64,000 bases of DNA from a virus. The stretch is taken from the IMG/VR virus record IMGVR_UViG_3300021961_000020; one strand, written 5' to 3'. Positions within the stretch are counted from its first letter, which is position 1; every line of letters begins with the position of its first letter. This document shows positions 8,973-18,570 of this stretch, one piece after another. A program made the position numbers and the translations under genes. Below the pieces are notes generated by a model. The model saw only the letters and a list, made by a program, of their open reading frames with translations, was not told the DNA's origin and did no database searches.

Positions 8973-10525
8973 TATTGCCTGTTAATTGCTTTTAGATTCA
9001 AAAGAGCTATTTTGACCGCTTCAAGTTCAGAAGCAGGTAATTCTGGTACTGCATTAGCAACAGTAACAGCCATTGTTTGCTCTCCATATGTAAGCGCATC
9101 TTTGGTATTTAGATCCAACATAGCAACATCAAACGGAATGACTTTTGGCATTTTCGCAATCTCAAGTGATGGCATATTCTTTGGATCGCCAAGAATAGAT
9201 GGACCCAGATAATTAGCAGAAATTTTGGGATCAACTACAACTCTCTTAACGGGACCAACGACTTTTCCACTGAAAGGAGCTGTGGGAGCAAATCCAAAAT
9301 CAAGAGGATCAATTACATTAGATCTTGGAGTTCCAGTTATACCTTCTACTTTTCCAAGTTCCCAGTGAAGGTGAGGTCCAGTAGATCTCTCACCTGTCGA
9401 ACCAACTCTACCAATAACTGTACCCGTAGATACCTTATCACCTTTTTTATATGGACTTGCTTCATTCATATGCCCATAGAAATGTTCAAGTCCATTAGCA
9501 TCTGTAAATGCGATCCAATTTCCATAATTTTTTTCCCAACCGCTATCTTGAATAACAGAATCAGAAGGAACTACAAGTGCTGTGTTATATGCTGCTGGAA
9601 TATCTCTTCCAGCATGTATCCTCCCTCTAGAGGTACTATATCCTGCTTTTTCTCCAATTGCAAATCCAGGCGGTTTTGCTCCTGTTTGCGAAATCAAAGG
9701 AGCTTTTGGATCATATTTTTTAGGAGGTTGACGCCATGGTCCCGAAGGAGTAACGATTACTGGTTTGGGGGGAGTTGCAGGTATCTGAGGTTTAGGTTTT
9801 TGTTCTGCTGGACGCTCTATCGGTGGCGGCGTAACAGGTGGCGGAGTTACTGGAATCATAGGAGTCGTTGGCTTCGTGTCTAGACCTAGTTGCTCTCGCG
9901 CCTGACGATATTCATCTTGACTCATATTGCCAAGATTTGTCAGTTCTTTACTAATGTCGTCGAAACTATTCCCTAGATCCGTTTTAAGTTTAGTCGCAGA
10001 TCCAGTGAACTCATCAAACTCTTTTCTGAGTTTTCCTTCACTATCTAGGAAATCCCAACTTTTAATGTTCTCAGCAAACTGCCTGAATACATCACTAATC
10101 TCTTTGAATACTGACTGAATATTGCTCCAAGTTTGCTGTACAGCGTCCCATAATTTCTGAACAATTCTTGTTACTTTATTGACAATAATAATAACTTCTG
10201 GAAGTTTTTGAACCAGATAATCAAGAAGAATCCATCCAGCAGCACTCAAAAGTCCCTGAAAGATGCTCTTCGCACCCCTCATAATATTATTAACTCCACC
10301 CTTAATAAAATTATTAGACTGCTTTGCTTCGACTATCTTTTCAGCATCTTTTTTCTGTACAGCATCAAATTGCTGAACATTCAATCTATTTTTTTCTGCT
10401 TCTCTAACCTTATCCTTTCGGATATCTTGACCTAAAGATTTGCGGATACCTTGGGTCGTCTGCCTCAAAGAAAGCAGTCCATATTCAACAATATTAAGTG
10501 CTTCATTTGATGGTATTAGTTTCAT
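8972..10525 (-). CDS. Virion-associated M23 peptidase (peptidoglycan endopeptidase) with helical N-terminus and Pro-rich linker
   Basis: HAGRD, YGNW, YGHM, VGSTG..STGPHLHWE M23 zinc motifs. Confidence 0.85.
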   Translation of the reverse strand: MKLIPSNEALNIVEYGLLSLRQTTQGIRKSLGQDIRKDKVREAEKNRLNVQQFDAVQKKDAEKIVEAKQSNNFIKGGVNNIMRGAKSIFQGLLSAAGWILLDYLVQKLPEVIIIVNKVTRIVQKLWDAVQQTWSNIQSVFKEISDVFRQFAENIKSWDFLDSEGKLRKEFDEFTGSATKLKTDLGNSFDDISKELTNLGNMSQDEYRQAREQLGLDTKPTTPMIPVTPPPVTPPPIERPAEQKPKPQIPATPPKPVIVTPSGPWRQPPKKYDPKAPLISQTGAKPPGFAIGEKAGYSTSRGRIHAGRDIPAAYNTALVVPSDSVIQDSGWEKNYGNWIAFTDANGLEHFYGHMNEASPYKKGDKVSTGTVIGRVGSTGERSTGPHLHWELGKVEGITGTPRSNVIDPLDFGFAPTAPFSGKVVGPVKRVVVDPKISANYLGPSILGDPKNMPSLEIAKMPKVIPFDVAMLDLNTKDALTYGEQTMAVTVANAVPELPASELEAVKIALLNLKAINRQ

Positions 10526-12192
10526 GCCGTCTCAAAAGTAGAAATAGAGAAGGTAAGATTTGTAATATTATATGGATTTTGTGTCATGAAATTAGTGGGA
10601 TATCCAGTACCCACCGCAGCAGTTGCTACAGGTGGAAGTGCTTCTCTTCCCTTAGAAGAATATGGAACAAAAGCAAAAGAAAAATCAGGTTCTGTTGGTT
10701 GGGCAACAGATGATGCTATTTGGGTATTTACTTTCGTGTTTATTCCCTTTGTTTCTTCCATTGCTTGCGCAACCGTTTCTGATGCAGCTACAGGGGAAGC
10801 AGAGGATACTTCCTGAGGTTTAGGTTTGCCAATGGATGTATCTAATTCTTCCTTAAGTTTACCTAAATCTTTACCTTTCAGTCTGCCTGGGCTTGGATCC
10901 CCAACTCGCACTTCAAAGGGAGCCAATCCAGGTATCCTGAATGGTTGATCAATTAGACTATTAAACATATCTTTATCGCCAAATTTGCCAAGCAGTGCTT
11001 CAACAAAATCTCTTCCTTCAGAACTCATTTTAAGTGTTAAGGATTTAACAAACTTCATTGAGTTTATCATTTTGTTATATAAAGAATCACTCTGGGATTT
11101 AAGTTCATCATACCGTGCTTTTTCTTGCGGATTCAACTTAGCGTACTCTCTGGTGCCAATGATTTTTGACATCTCTTCTTCTATAGCTTTAAGTTGAGTC
11201 TGATATGAAGACAAGACACCAACAGCCGCACTTATGTCGTTAATAATTGGTTTATCAGATTGCTTAAGTTTACCAGGATCGTATCTATCAAATATTCCAT
11301 CATCAATCTGCTTGATGTTCTGTTCAATTTCAAGAAGAAGTGATCCTTGAGGGGTGAATTCTTTTGCTCCAGGAACCCATTTCAACCACGGATGTTCTTT
11401 GAGTAATTTTTCTTTTCTTCTTTGCAGTTCTTCTTTAGTTGCTTTCTTTCCTCTTTCAGCGATCATGTCAATGACCATTTGAGTATATGACTCGTAACCA
11501 CCGCGACCCATTCCACTCAATCCCATACCCTTGATAATCTCAAGGAGTTTAATTCCTCCATAAACAGCAGCAGCACCTAACCAAACCCATGGATTTGCCA
11601 TTAAACCGATCAATGCTGGAAGTTTGAATAATAAACTAGTTACAAGACCGCTAATAGCACCAGTAACTAAACCAATTCCACCATTTAACGCAAGACCAAC
11701 ACCTGCTGCGACTGCTAATCCTTTAATTAGATCATTCTTGATTTTCTCTAATTCTTCAGTATCTCCTTTCTGCCATGCTTCTAACGCATCTATTCCCTTC
11801 AGTCCTAACCATCCCATGAACAAAGATTCGAGAGCTTTCATGAACCCATCAAAAGGTCCACGAATCTTTTTACCTAATGCTTGAACAGGTTTAATCAGTG
11901 CCTGCTTAATTGAACTTTCAACGAAGTTTTCCTCTGCGCCCTTCGCAGTTCTATCAATCTCTTTTCTTTTCTTATCAATCTCTTGATTATCTTCTACAGC
12001 ATCTTGCTGACCCCTCTTTACCAAAAGGTCAGCAATGGCACTCAGATTTCTTCTAATGGCAAGAATATTTTTATTAAGAGAATTATACTGCTTCTCAGTA
12101 ACATATCCAGCAGAAGTTCCCTCCCGATCAACATTACCTTCGGGAGTATCTGGTCTACCAGGAGGAAGTAACTTTTGTGGATCAATAGCCAT
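10522..12192 (-). CDS. Tail/baseplate hub structural protein (gp29/tape-measure-like)
   Basis: Long helical protein with a Gly/Ala hydrophobic stretch, immediately downstream of gp51. Confidence 0.5.
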   Translation of the reverse strand: MAIDPQKLLPPGRPDTPEGNVDREGTSAGYVTEKQYNSLNKNILAIRRNLSAIADLLVKRGQQDAVEDNQEIDKKRKEIDRTAKGAEENFVESSIKQALIKPVQALGKKIRGPFDGFMKALESLFMGWLGLKGIDALEAWQKGDTEELEKIKNDLIKGLAVAAGVGLALNGGIGLVTGAISGLVTSLLFKLPALIGLMANPWVWLGAAAVYGGIKLLEIIKGMGLSGMGRGGYESYTQMVIDMIAERGKKATKEELQRRKEKLLKEHPWLKWVPGAKEFTPQGSLLLEIEQNIKQIDDGIFDRYDPGKLKQSDKPIINDISAAVGVLSSYQTQLKAIEEEMSKIIGTREYAKLNPQEKARYDELKSQSDSLYNKMINSMKFVKSLTLKMSSEGRDFVEALLGKFGDKDMFNSLIDQPFRIPGLAPFEVRVGDPSPGRLKGKDLGKLKEELDTSIGKPKPQEVSSASPVAASETVAQAMEETKGINTKVNTQIASSVAQPTEPDFSFAFVPYSSKGREALPPVATAAVGTGYPTNFMTQNPYNITNLTFSISTFETA

Positions 12193-12371
12193 CAGATACC
12201 GTTAGCTTGCTGTGCCTTTAGATTCTGCTCTTCAATATAGGATTCTAACAAAGCAAGGTAAATATCCCGTTCAAAGGGATACATGTTCTCAATGTCACTC
12301 AAGGAGTATTTATGATGCTGCATCAAGGCAAAGTTAATCTTATAATAAGATACAATGTCTGAATGCAACAT
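12192..12371 (-). CDS. gp51: Baseplate hub assembly catalyst gp51 (59 aa, not in ORF track)
   Basis: Hand-translated MLHSDIVSYYKINFALMQHHKYSLSDIENMYPFERDIYLALL...; follows gp26. Confidence 0.85.
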   Translation of the reverse strand: MLHSDIVSYYKINFALMQHHKYSLSDIENMYPFERDIYLALLESYIEEQNLKAQQANGI

Positions 12372-12373
12372 CG

Positions 12374-13087
12374 CTAGCTGAAAAAACTTGCCAGTCCCTC
12401 CAAGACGATTTCGTTCTCAACACCAGTATTGGGATTCTCAAACTTAGCAGTATAAGAAAGTCTGGGCATTGTAGAGAAGAATCTCTCAATTTGTTTAAAC
12501 TGAGAAGAATTTAGCTGTTCAATAAATTGAATCCATTCTTTTTTAGTGTGATCCTTCGCGTTCCAAGTTTCTTCCTCAGAATAGATCATTTCAACGCAAT
12601 TAGCGATAACATCAAAAGAAGTATCAATGCTAGTTGCTTCGCCAAAGTTTTCTGAGATGAATTGTGTTAGAGACGGGTATGCCATTCTCAAAGTCAAAGT
12701 TTCATCGACCTTGATATCACGAGTATGGTTAGGATCATCAACAACCTTAATCTCATCAATATAGATAGTCAAGGGAACTTTAGTCTCACCGTCATCCTGA
12801 CAAGTTACGATGACATCAATAGATTCTCCAACTGACTTACCACGGACATTGAGGAACAGATACTCAATATCAAAGGTAGAGAGTTTATCGATATTTACTC
12901 CACGAGTCAAAATACAAGCAGAAAGAACTTCTTTAATTGCACTGGCAATCTGATCAAGTTCATCACTCTCCATTGCCATTACAAGAACTTTCTCTTCCTT
13001 GACAAGGAATGGGCGGTACTTAATTTTTTTTCCAGTAGACGGAATAACCAACTCAAATGTCGGAGTCGCAATCTTAGGTAAAGGCAT
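12374..13087 (-). CDS. gp26: Baseplate hub subunit gp26
   Basis: MPLPKI.TP.FEL..PSTGKKIKYRPFLVKEEK; LSTFDIEYLFL..RGKSVGE. Confidence 0.92.
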   Translation of the reverse strand: MPLPKIATPTFELVIPSTGKKIKYRPFLVKEEKVLVMAMESDELDQIASAIKEVLSACILTRGVNIDKLSTFDIEYLFLNVRGKSVGESIDVIVTCQDDGETKVPLTIYIDEIKVVDDPNHTRDIKVDETLTLRMAYPSLTQFISENFGEATSIDTSFDVIANCVEMIYSEEETWNAKDHTKKEWIQFIEQLNSSQFKQIERFFSTMPRLSYTAKFENPNTGVENEIVLEGLASFFS

Positions 13088-13114
13088 GATATCCTATAGG
13101 ATTTTCAGTATGAT

Positions 13115-13121
13115 TATTTAG
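13115..13121 (-). promoter_or_regulatory. T4-type late promoter (CTAAATA) upstream of gp26
   Basis: TAAATA box ~30 nt before the ATG; the same box recurs before many structural genes. Confidence 0.6.
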
Positions 13122-13912
13122 GGGGTTCTAAAAACTGTTCCTCTTGTTTCAGATGGAGGACCTGACGCTCTTATATCGAATCCTCTTCTGATGTAAGTCT
13201 CATTAGTCTTTTGAGGTGGTGGTGCAGCTGCTTCTGGTTTAGCAGGTGCAGCAGAATACTCACCATCTCCAGACTGTTGCTCTTTAGATTTATCAGTTCC
13301 TTTAAGACTCTTCACTTCACCAAGAATATATCTATCATAGTTAAATGCTACATTGATTTCAAGAACTCTATTACTATCGTAGGAAATAGCAGTCGGTATA
13401 ATATTAATAGGGAACGCATTGATGAAACTATAAGTTACCGATTGATAGTGATCTCTATCAAATTTGGTAAGTCTCATAACAGGCATTTTATAGTTGTCTG
13501 GATACTGCATTCTTGTGTAGTATGCTCTTTTATCCAAACTAACTTCACCAGCACTGGCAATGTACTGTTGCCAGAGTTCAAAGAATTTAATAACCTTATA
13601 TCCATTATCTACAATGAAGTTGAAAGAACTTTCTGTGTAAATTCTTGTATGAGCATACTTTTGCTGAATTCCCATGTAGTTACCACTGACTTGAGCAGTA
13701 GCAAAAGTTGCACCAGGAATATCAGCACCCTTACAAAGCAATCCCAACTCTCTCTGGATGAAGTAACTCGATACTCTCGAATCCTCTTTTTGGATGTACT
13801 TTCTGAGGGGATCTGGAATGGCAGAAATTTCCAACTCGAAATGATTGGTTGTTGCTACCTTAGTAAACAACCCCAAAATATCGTTAGTTGATTTTCTTCT
13901 AGGGTAACTCAC
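13118..13912 (-). CDS. gp54: Tail tube initiator gp54 / gp19-fold protein
   Basis: LLCKGADIPG..., YAHTRIY, FFELWQQYI, L.NAFP.NI tail-tube fold motifs. Confidence 0.7.
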   Translation of the reverse strand: MSYPRRKSTNDILGLFTKVATTNHFELEISAIPDPLRKYIQKEDSRVSSYFIQRELGLLCKGADIPGATFATAQVSGNYMGIQQKYAHTRIYTESSFNFIVDNGYKVIKFFELWQQYIASAGEVSLDKRAYYTRMQYPDNYKMPVMRLTKFDRDHYQSVTYSFINAFPINIIPTAISYDSNRVLEINVAFNYDRYILGEVKSLKGTDKSKEQQSGDGEYSAAPAKPEAAAPPPQKTNETYIRRGFDIRASGPPSETRGTVFRTP

Positions 13913-13913
13913 A

Positions 13914-13920
13914 CTAAATA
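13914..13920 (+). promoter_or_regulatory. T4-type late promoter (CTAAATA) upstream of gp4
   Basis: TAAATA box 17 nt before gp4. Confidence 0.6.
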
Positions 13921-13937
13921 CCTTAGGTTGACTTATT

Positions 13938-14375
13938 ATGATGGCGTATTCTGGTAAATTTCGCCCAAGTAATATTCAAAAATATCGAGGAGACCATCTC
14001 AACATTATTTATCGTAGTTTGTGGGAACGAAAGTTCATGGTCTACTGCGATAAGAATGAGAATATTCTTGAATGGGGAAGTGAAGAAATTGCCATACCAT
14101 ATCGTTCTCCTTTAGATGGGAGAATACACAGATATTTTCCAGATTTCTATATTAAGGTACGCGAAAACACTGGAAAAATCCAGAAGTATATTATAGAAAT
14201 CAAACCCAAAAAACAGTGTATTGAACCACAGAAGCAGAAGAAGCATACTAAAACTTATATTAGAGAAGTGACTGAGTATGCTAAAAATCAAGCAAAGTGG
14301 AAAGCTGCATCAGAATACTGTAAAGATCGTTTACTACAATTCAAGGTCTTAACGGAAGATCATCTAGGTGTATGA
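13938..14375 (+). CDS. gp4: Head completion nuclease gp4
   Basis: YSGKF.P.N..KY.GD...IIYRSLWE.KFM.YCD..., HRYFPDF, EIKP. Confidence 0.93.
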   Translation: MMAYSGKFRPSNIQKYRGDHLNIIYRSLWERKFMVYCDKNENILEWGSEEIAIPYRSPLDGRIHRYFPDFYIKVRENTGKIQKYIIEIKPKKQCIEPQKQKKHTKTYIREVTEYAKNQAKWKAASEYCKDRLLQFKVLTEDHLGV

Positions 14376-14719
14376 GTAGATTACAACCTGTCGTGGACGG
14401 ATTCACTGGACTTGAAAGTTCAGATGACATCATGATCCAAGTTCTAGAGGTATTGACTAAAGAAGTCTTACTTCCAGAACCAGGGAATTTCTACACATTT
14501 GTTTATAGAGCAAAAACACCTAATATTGAATACGATGAGTTTCCCTTGATTGCATGTATCGATGTACAAAAATGGGGGTTTGTTGGATTTAGTTTCCACT
14601 GGGGAAAACAAAGAAACTATAGCTGGGAAGAAGTTGTTGGCAAACTACATGTAGTTGAAGCTAATGAACTTGAAGATGCTAGATCATTAGGTTATGCCAA
14701 ATTTAGAATATCCACATAA
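14372..14719 (+). CDS. Short gp2-like DNA end-protector protein
   Basis: PG.FYTFVY..KT....YDEFPLI, GF.G..FHW; adjacent to gp4. Confidence 0.6.
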   Translation: MSRLQPVVDGFTGLESSDDIMIQVLEVLTKEVLLPEPGNFYTFVYRAKTPNIEYDEFPLIACIDVQKWGFVGFSFHWGKQRNYSWEEVVGKLHVVEANELEDARSLGYAKFRIST

Positions 14720-14722
14720 ATA
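14716..14722 (+). promoter_or_regulatory. T4-type late promoter (ATAAATA) upstream of gp48
   Basis: ATAAATA 14 nt before the ATG. Confidence 0.65.
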
Positions 14723-14736
14723 GGAAATAAAAAGGA

Positions 14737-15609
14737 ATGGCAGCCCAATCCAACATAATCTTAAGGTATCCATTAGATATTATCGATGTGACGACTGATT
14801 ATATGTCCATCGAAGTAATGGAGTACAAACCAGGAGGAATTCCTTCCTTTAAAGGTAAAGTATCTGATTACGGAGCAAATACCAAAACAAAATCTGGTAA
14901 AGCAACATGCACTATTTTCTTGCCAATGCCAGACAGTATTGCTTCTGTTAATAGAACTGGATGGGGAGAAAGTAGAATAAGTGCTCTTGCAGGTGCAGGA
15001 CTTAAACTTGCTGGAGGTGCTTTAGATGCCGTATCTGGAAAGAAAACTGATCTTATAGGTAGCGTAGTAGATGAAGTTCAAGGTTTAGCAGGGTCTGGAT
15101 CGGGATATGATTTACTTAGGAATTATATCAGGGCAAGATCTCAGATTGGAATCATTAACGGTTTAGCGGGATCAAATATCAGCTTAAACGATGTTCTTGG
15201 AAGACAGTCTGGACAAATCGTTAACCAGAATGTTGAACTGCTTTTCAATGGTGTATCTCTGAGACCCTTCGGATTTAACTGGGACTTAGTTCCTAGGAGC
15301 AAAGAGGAAGCAGATAAAGTAAGAGAAATAATTCAAATTTTGAAGAAAAGTATGTCTGCAAACAGAGAGAATACTTCTTTCCTTAAAACTCCATATGTAT
15401 TCAGGTTGAGATATAGAAAAGGTAGTGGTAACAATGAATTTTTAAACGCATTTAAAATTTGCGCTATGACTGACATTGGAGTCGATTACACTGGTTCTGG
15501 AGCATACTCAACTTATGAAAATGGAAGTCCAGTTCACTATCGGTTGAACTTATCCTTCACCGAACTCGAACCTATCTATCAAGACGACTTCGATAAGGAG
15601 GGATACTAA
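14737..15609 (+). CDS. gp48: Baseplate tail-tube cap gp48
   Basis: IFLPMP, NQNVELLFNGVSLRPF.F.W.L.PRS..EA, L.L.FTELEP. Confidence 0.9.
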   Translation: MAAQSNIILRYPLDIIDVTTDYMSIEVMEYKPGGIPSFKGKVSDYGANTKTKSGKATCTIFLPMPDSIASVNRTGWGESRISALAGAGLKLAGGALDAVSGKKTDLIGSVVDEVQGLAGSGSGYDLLRNYIRARSQIGIINGLAGSNISLNDVLGRQSGQIVNQNVELLFNGVSLRPFGFNWDLVPRSKEEADKVREIIQILKKSMSANRENTSFLKTPYVFRLRYRKGSGNNEFLNAFKICAMTDIGVDYTGSGAYSTYENGSPVHYRLNLSFTELEPIYQDDFDKEGY

Positions 15610-16256
15610 TGGCTAGCAACTCTTACTTCAGACTATTACCAGACTTTCAATACCTCAACCCAACACAAACGGGTGGGGCTAGAAAGCAGTATGTAGATGT
15701 CAAGAATCTCTTCCTTAGGATGAAGGTTAAAGATTCTGCACTGTTGTATGCTACCAATTTTATCAAGTATCAGGTTTATGAAGGAGATAGACCTGACAAT
15801 GTAGCAGAGGATTTATATGGTAGTCCTTACTATGATTGGGTAGTTCTTCTAACTGCCAACATCATTAATGTCAGGGACGAATGGCCTATTAGTTCCAGAC
15901 TTCTTTATGATTATGCAGCGGATAAGTATGGAGAAAATCTAAACGCAACTAGACACTACGAGACAAGAGAAGTCAAAGATAGCAACGGTAGACTTATCCT
16001 TCCTGCTGGGCAAATCGTAGATCCAGGATTCACAATCCCTGATCCAGATAACATCGGACAAACACTGAATCCTGTCGTAAGTGTGTCTAACTGGTTAGTT
16101 GAGACTAGAAAAAACAATGAAAAAAGGTCCATTAAGGTACTCAAAAAAGAGTTCTTAGGACCTTTCTTAGAAGAAGTTAGAAGTTTCTTGCAATATCAGG
16201 AGTCTTCCCAGTACAATTCCAGCACTGGAAAAGTTGCTTCTGATGATTTAATTTAA
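15609..16256 (+). CDS. gp53: Baseplate wedge subunit gp53
   Basis: YFR.LPDF.Y, VKNLF.R, GDRPD.VA..LYGS..YDWVVLL.NI...DEWP. Confidence 0.92.
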   Translation: MASNSYFRLLPDFQYLNPTQTGGARKQYVDVKNLFLRMKVKDSALLYATNFIKYQVYEGDRPDNVAEDLYGSPYYDWVVLLTANIINVRDEWPISSRLLYDYAADKYGENLNATRHYETREVKDSNGRLILPAGQIVDPGFTIPDPDNIGQTLNPVVSVSNWLVETRKNNEKRSIKVLKKEFLGPFLEEVRSFLQYQESSQYNSSTGKVASDDLI

Positions 16257-16657
16257 AGAAGACTGAGTAAACCATTGACGCTTTTCTTAGCGTTAATGGT
16301 AGAGTATGGAACTGCGGGATTATCAAGAAGAACTGGATCCTGTCCCCTCATTCTGGCGACTCTGGTGATCTCCTCGTTCTCCTTCTCCGTTGCCAGATAA
16401 CGATCCTCCAGAAGTTTGGTCGTTATTTCTTTGGCACTTGCAAGATCCACATCCACAGCTGAAGTTGAGTGGTTGTATTTCCATGCGTTTCTAAATGTTC
16501 TAGTGGGCAATTCAGTGTGATCGATTACAGCATACTCTGCTACGGGGACATCCTTTGCGATGATATCCTCGTCAGAGAGCATACACTGTTCCGAAGGGAT
16601 AAGCAGGTTGCAATAACCGTCATCCCCGTTAAAAACGATTACTTTATTGCGAGACAT
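16253..16657 (-). CDS. Hypothetical protein (tail-fibre-associated type)
   Basis: IIAKDVP..., LP...FRNAW motif. Confidence 0.6.
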   Translation of the reverse strand: MSRNKVIVFNGDDGYCNLLIPSEQCMLSDEDIIAKDVPVAEYAVIDHTELPTRTFRNAWKYNHSTSAVDVDLASAKEITTKLLEDRYLATEKENEEITRVARMRGQDPVLLDNPAVPYSTINAKKSVNGLLSLL

Positions 16658-16818
16658 CAGAGAGCAGAAGAAACTACGATGTTTTTTGCGGAGGGAAACA
16701 TGATCAGGACTTTGTTCCTTGCATCAGTATCATCTTTAGCAAATACATCCAATTTAGTAGTATTTGTATTGTTGCCATCATCATAAGTGACGACATAATG
16801 ATTACCTTGAAAAGCCAT
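16657..16818 (-). CDS. Small hypothetical protein (53 aa, not in ORF track)
   Basis: Hand-translated MAFQGNHYVVTYDDGNNTNTTKLDVFAKDDTDARNKVLIMFPSAKNIVVSSAL; TGATG coupling to the next gene. Confidence 0.55.
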   Translation of the reverse strand: MAFQGNHYVVTYDDGNNTNTTKLDVFAKDDTDARNKVLIMFPSAKNIVVSSAL

Positions 16819-16844
16819 TGATTTAATGAACAATTTCTACTAAC

Positions 16845-18509
16845 TTATTTATTAACAATAAAATCACCAATAACCAAAACATCGATGTTCATTTTTAGAA
16901 AAGATGAAATTGCATGATATGGAGTTTCTACGATTGGTTCTCCATTGTCGTTAAAAGATGTATTAAGAATCACTGGAGTTTCTAACCTACCCAACAAGTC
17001 ATAAACTTTTGGATTTTGATCAGAGTTAACAGTTTGAATTCTGCAACTCTTATCCATATGAGTAATTGCGGGAATTTTGTCAGTCTTAGAAGTTTGGATA
17101 TAGAGCATGTATGGAGTTATAAATCCTTCCTCAAAATATTCAGAAACATCTTGCTCTCTAATAATTCCAGCAAAAGGTCTCCAAGACTCTCTATGTTTAA
17201 CCCTCTCATTCAAAATATCTTTATTTTCCGCAACAGCAGGACTCATGAATATTGATCTAGAACCTAATGCTCTGGGACCATGCTCAGATCTTCCCTGAAA
17301 CCATCCAACAATTTTTTGATTTGATAGCATCACAGCAACTTCATTTGCATCATATGGCACATATGATAATCCAAATGCATCGAGATACTCTTTTATTTGA
17401 TCATTAGAATAATCTCTTCCTAACAAAGATATATTTTCTGGAAGATCTATGGTTTCATTCTCCTCAAAACATCCCCATGCTGCTGCACCAAAGTGAAGTC
17501 CAGCATCATCAGTAAATGGGGGAATGTGAATATTTTTAAATAATCCACTTTCTTTGATGAGGGTATTGGCAACAATATTGAGGAATGTGCCTCCAGCGAA
17601 ACAAGTAGTTTCGTCTAAGTGATATTTTCTCAATCCTTTCAAAAGACTTAGCATTCCATCTTCAAAACTCTTTTGAAGCCACCGTGCTCCTTCTTCTGGA
17701 GTGTCTGGTGGATTAAACCACCCACCTTGAGGAAATGTAATGTATGGGATGCTGTGATCAATTACTGAAAATCCAGATTCAAATCCACCCTTATATTTGT
17801 CTAGGGATCCATATGCAGACAATCCCATAATTTTTCCAACAGACGAAATAAAGTCAGTCCGAGATTCTGTTTTTTTCTGCATCTTCCATGCATATAATCC
17901 AGAAGCAACATGTGAGTAATAATTTCCAAAATTATTCAATTGTTGATCTGGCATATTATAGAATCTAAAAATCTTCTTTTCTTTATTAAAATATCCGATT
18001 GAATTATTTTCAACATAGGGAATCTCACTCCTATATGGATCATAAAGTCCAGATCCACCACCATCAAATGTAAGAAATGTTCCCTCATTATATGGTGAGG
18101 TGAAAACAGTAGAAGATGCGTGAGCTAAATGGTGACCACAGAAACGAATCTTAGCGTTTGGAAAATGTGGTTTGATATTTTTAAAAGTTAGATTCTCATC
18201 ATAATGAAATGGTACTGCAGTATTATAAACGGTAACATAGTAAACTATATCAACATCCTTACCAGTTATCCCAGCATATTCTAAACAATGGTTAATAGAT
18301 TTGTGAGGAAATTCTCCATCATACTTTATTCTACTAAGTCTTTCTTCATTAACACTACATATATGCTTTCCATGAATAAAGATTGTGCATCCAGAATCAT
18401 GGATATCAGCTTCCGTCAACTTACCAGTTTCGGAATTAGTTAAGTTTGCTGCGATAGGATGATTTATATCACCATTAAAATCAGCACCGTAAATACCAAC
18501 AATAATCAT
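16845..18509 (-). CDS. O-carbamoyltransferase (NodU/CmcH/TobZ family), copy 1
   Basis: HHLAHA, DGGG, GKIMGLSAYG, GGTFLN, GRSEHGPRALGSRS, RPFA, LNTSFN. Confidence 0.92.
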   Translation of the reverse strand: MIIVGIYGADFNGDINHPIAANLTNSETGKLTEADIHDSGCTIFIHGKHICSVNEERLSRIKYDGEFPHKSINHCLEYAGITGKDVDIVYYVTVYNTAVPFHYDENLTFKNIKPHFPNAKIRFCGHHLAHASSTVFTSPYNEGTFLTFDGGGSGLYDPYRSEIPYVENNSIGYFNKEKKIFRFYNMPDQQLNNFGNYYSHVASGLYAWKMQKKTESRTDFISSVGKIMGLSAYGSLDKYKGGFESGFSVIDHSIPYITFPQGGWFNPPDTPEEGARWLQKSFEDGMLSLLKGLRKYHLDETTCFAGGTFLNIVANTLIKESGLFKNIHIPPFTDDAGLHFGAAAWGCFEENETIDLPENISLLGRDYSNDQIKEYLDAFGLSYVPYDANEVAVMLSNQKIVGWFQGRSEHGPRALGSRSIFMSPAVAENKDILNERVKHRESWRPFAGIIREQDVSEYFEEGFITPYMLYIQTSKTDKIPAITHMDKSCRIQTVNSDQNPKVYDLLGRLETPVILNTSFNDNGEPIVETPYHAISSFLKMNIDVLVIGDFIVNK

Positions 18510-18533
18510 ATCACTTTTATTAGTATCTATATT

Positions 18534-18558
18534 AAAAGGGGGAACTTAAGTTCCCCCC
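18534..18558 (-). terminator. Intrinsic terminator after gp32
   Basis: GGGGGAAC-TTAA-GTTCCCCC hairpin followed by TTTT on the minus strand. Confidence 0.7.
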
Positions 18559-18570
18559 AAAATTTATAAA

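Noticed and set aside
9700-9880. Pro-rich repeats (PVTPPP) in the M23 protein
   Set aside because: Ordinary flexible linker, not a DNA repeat element
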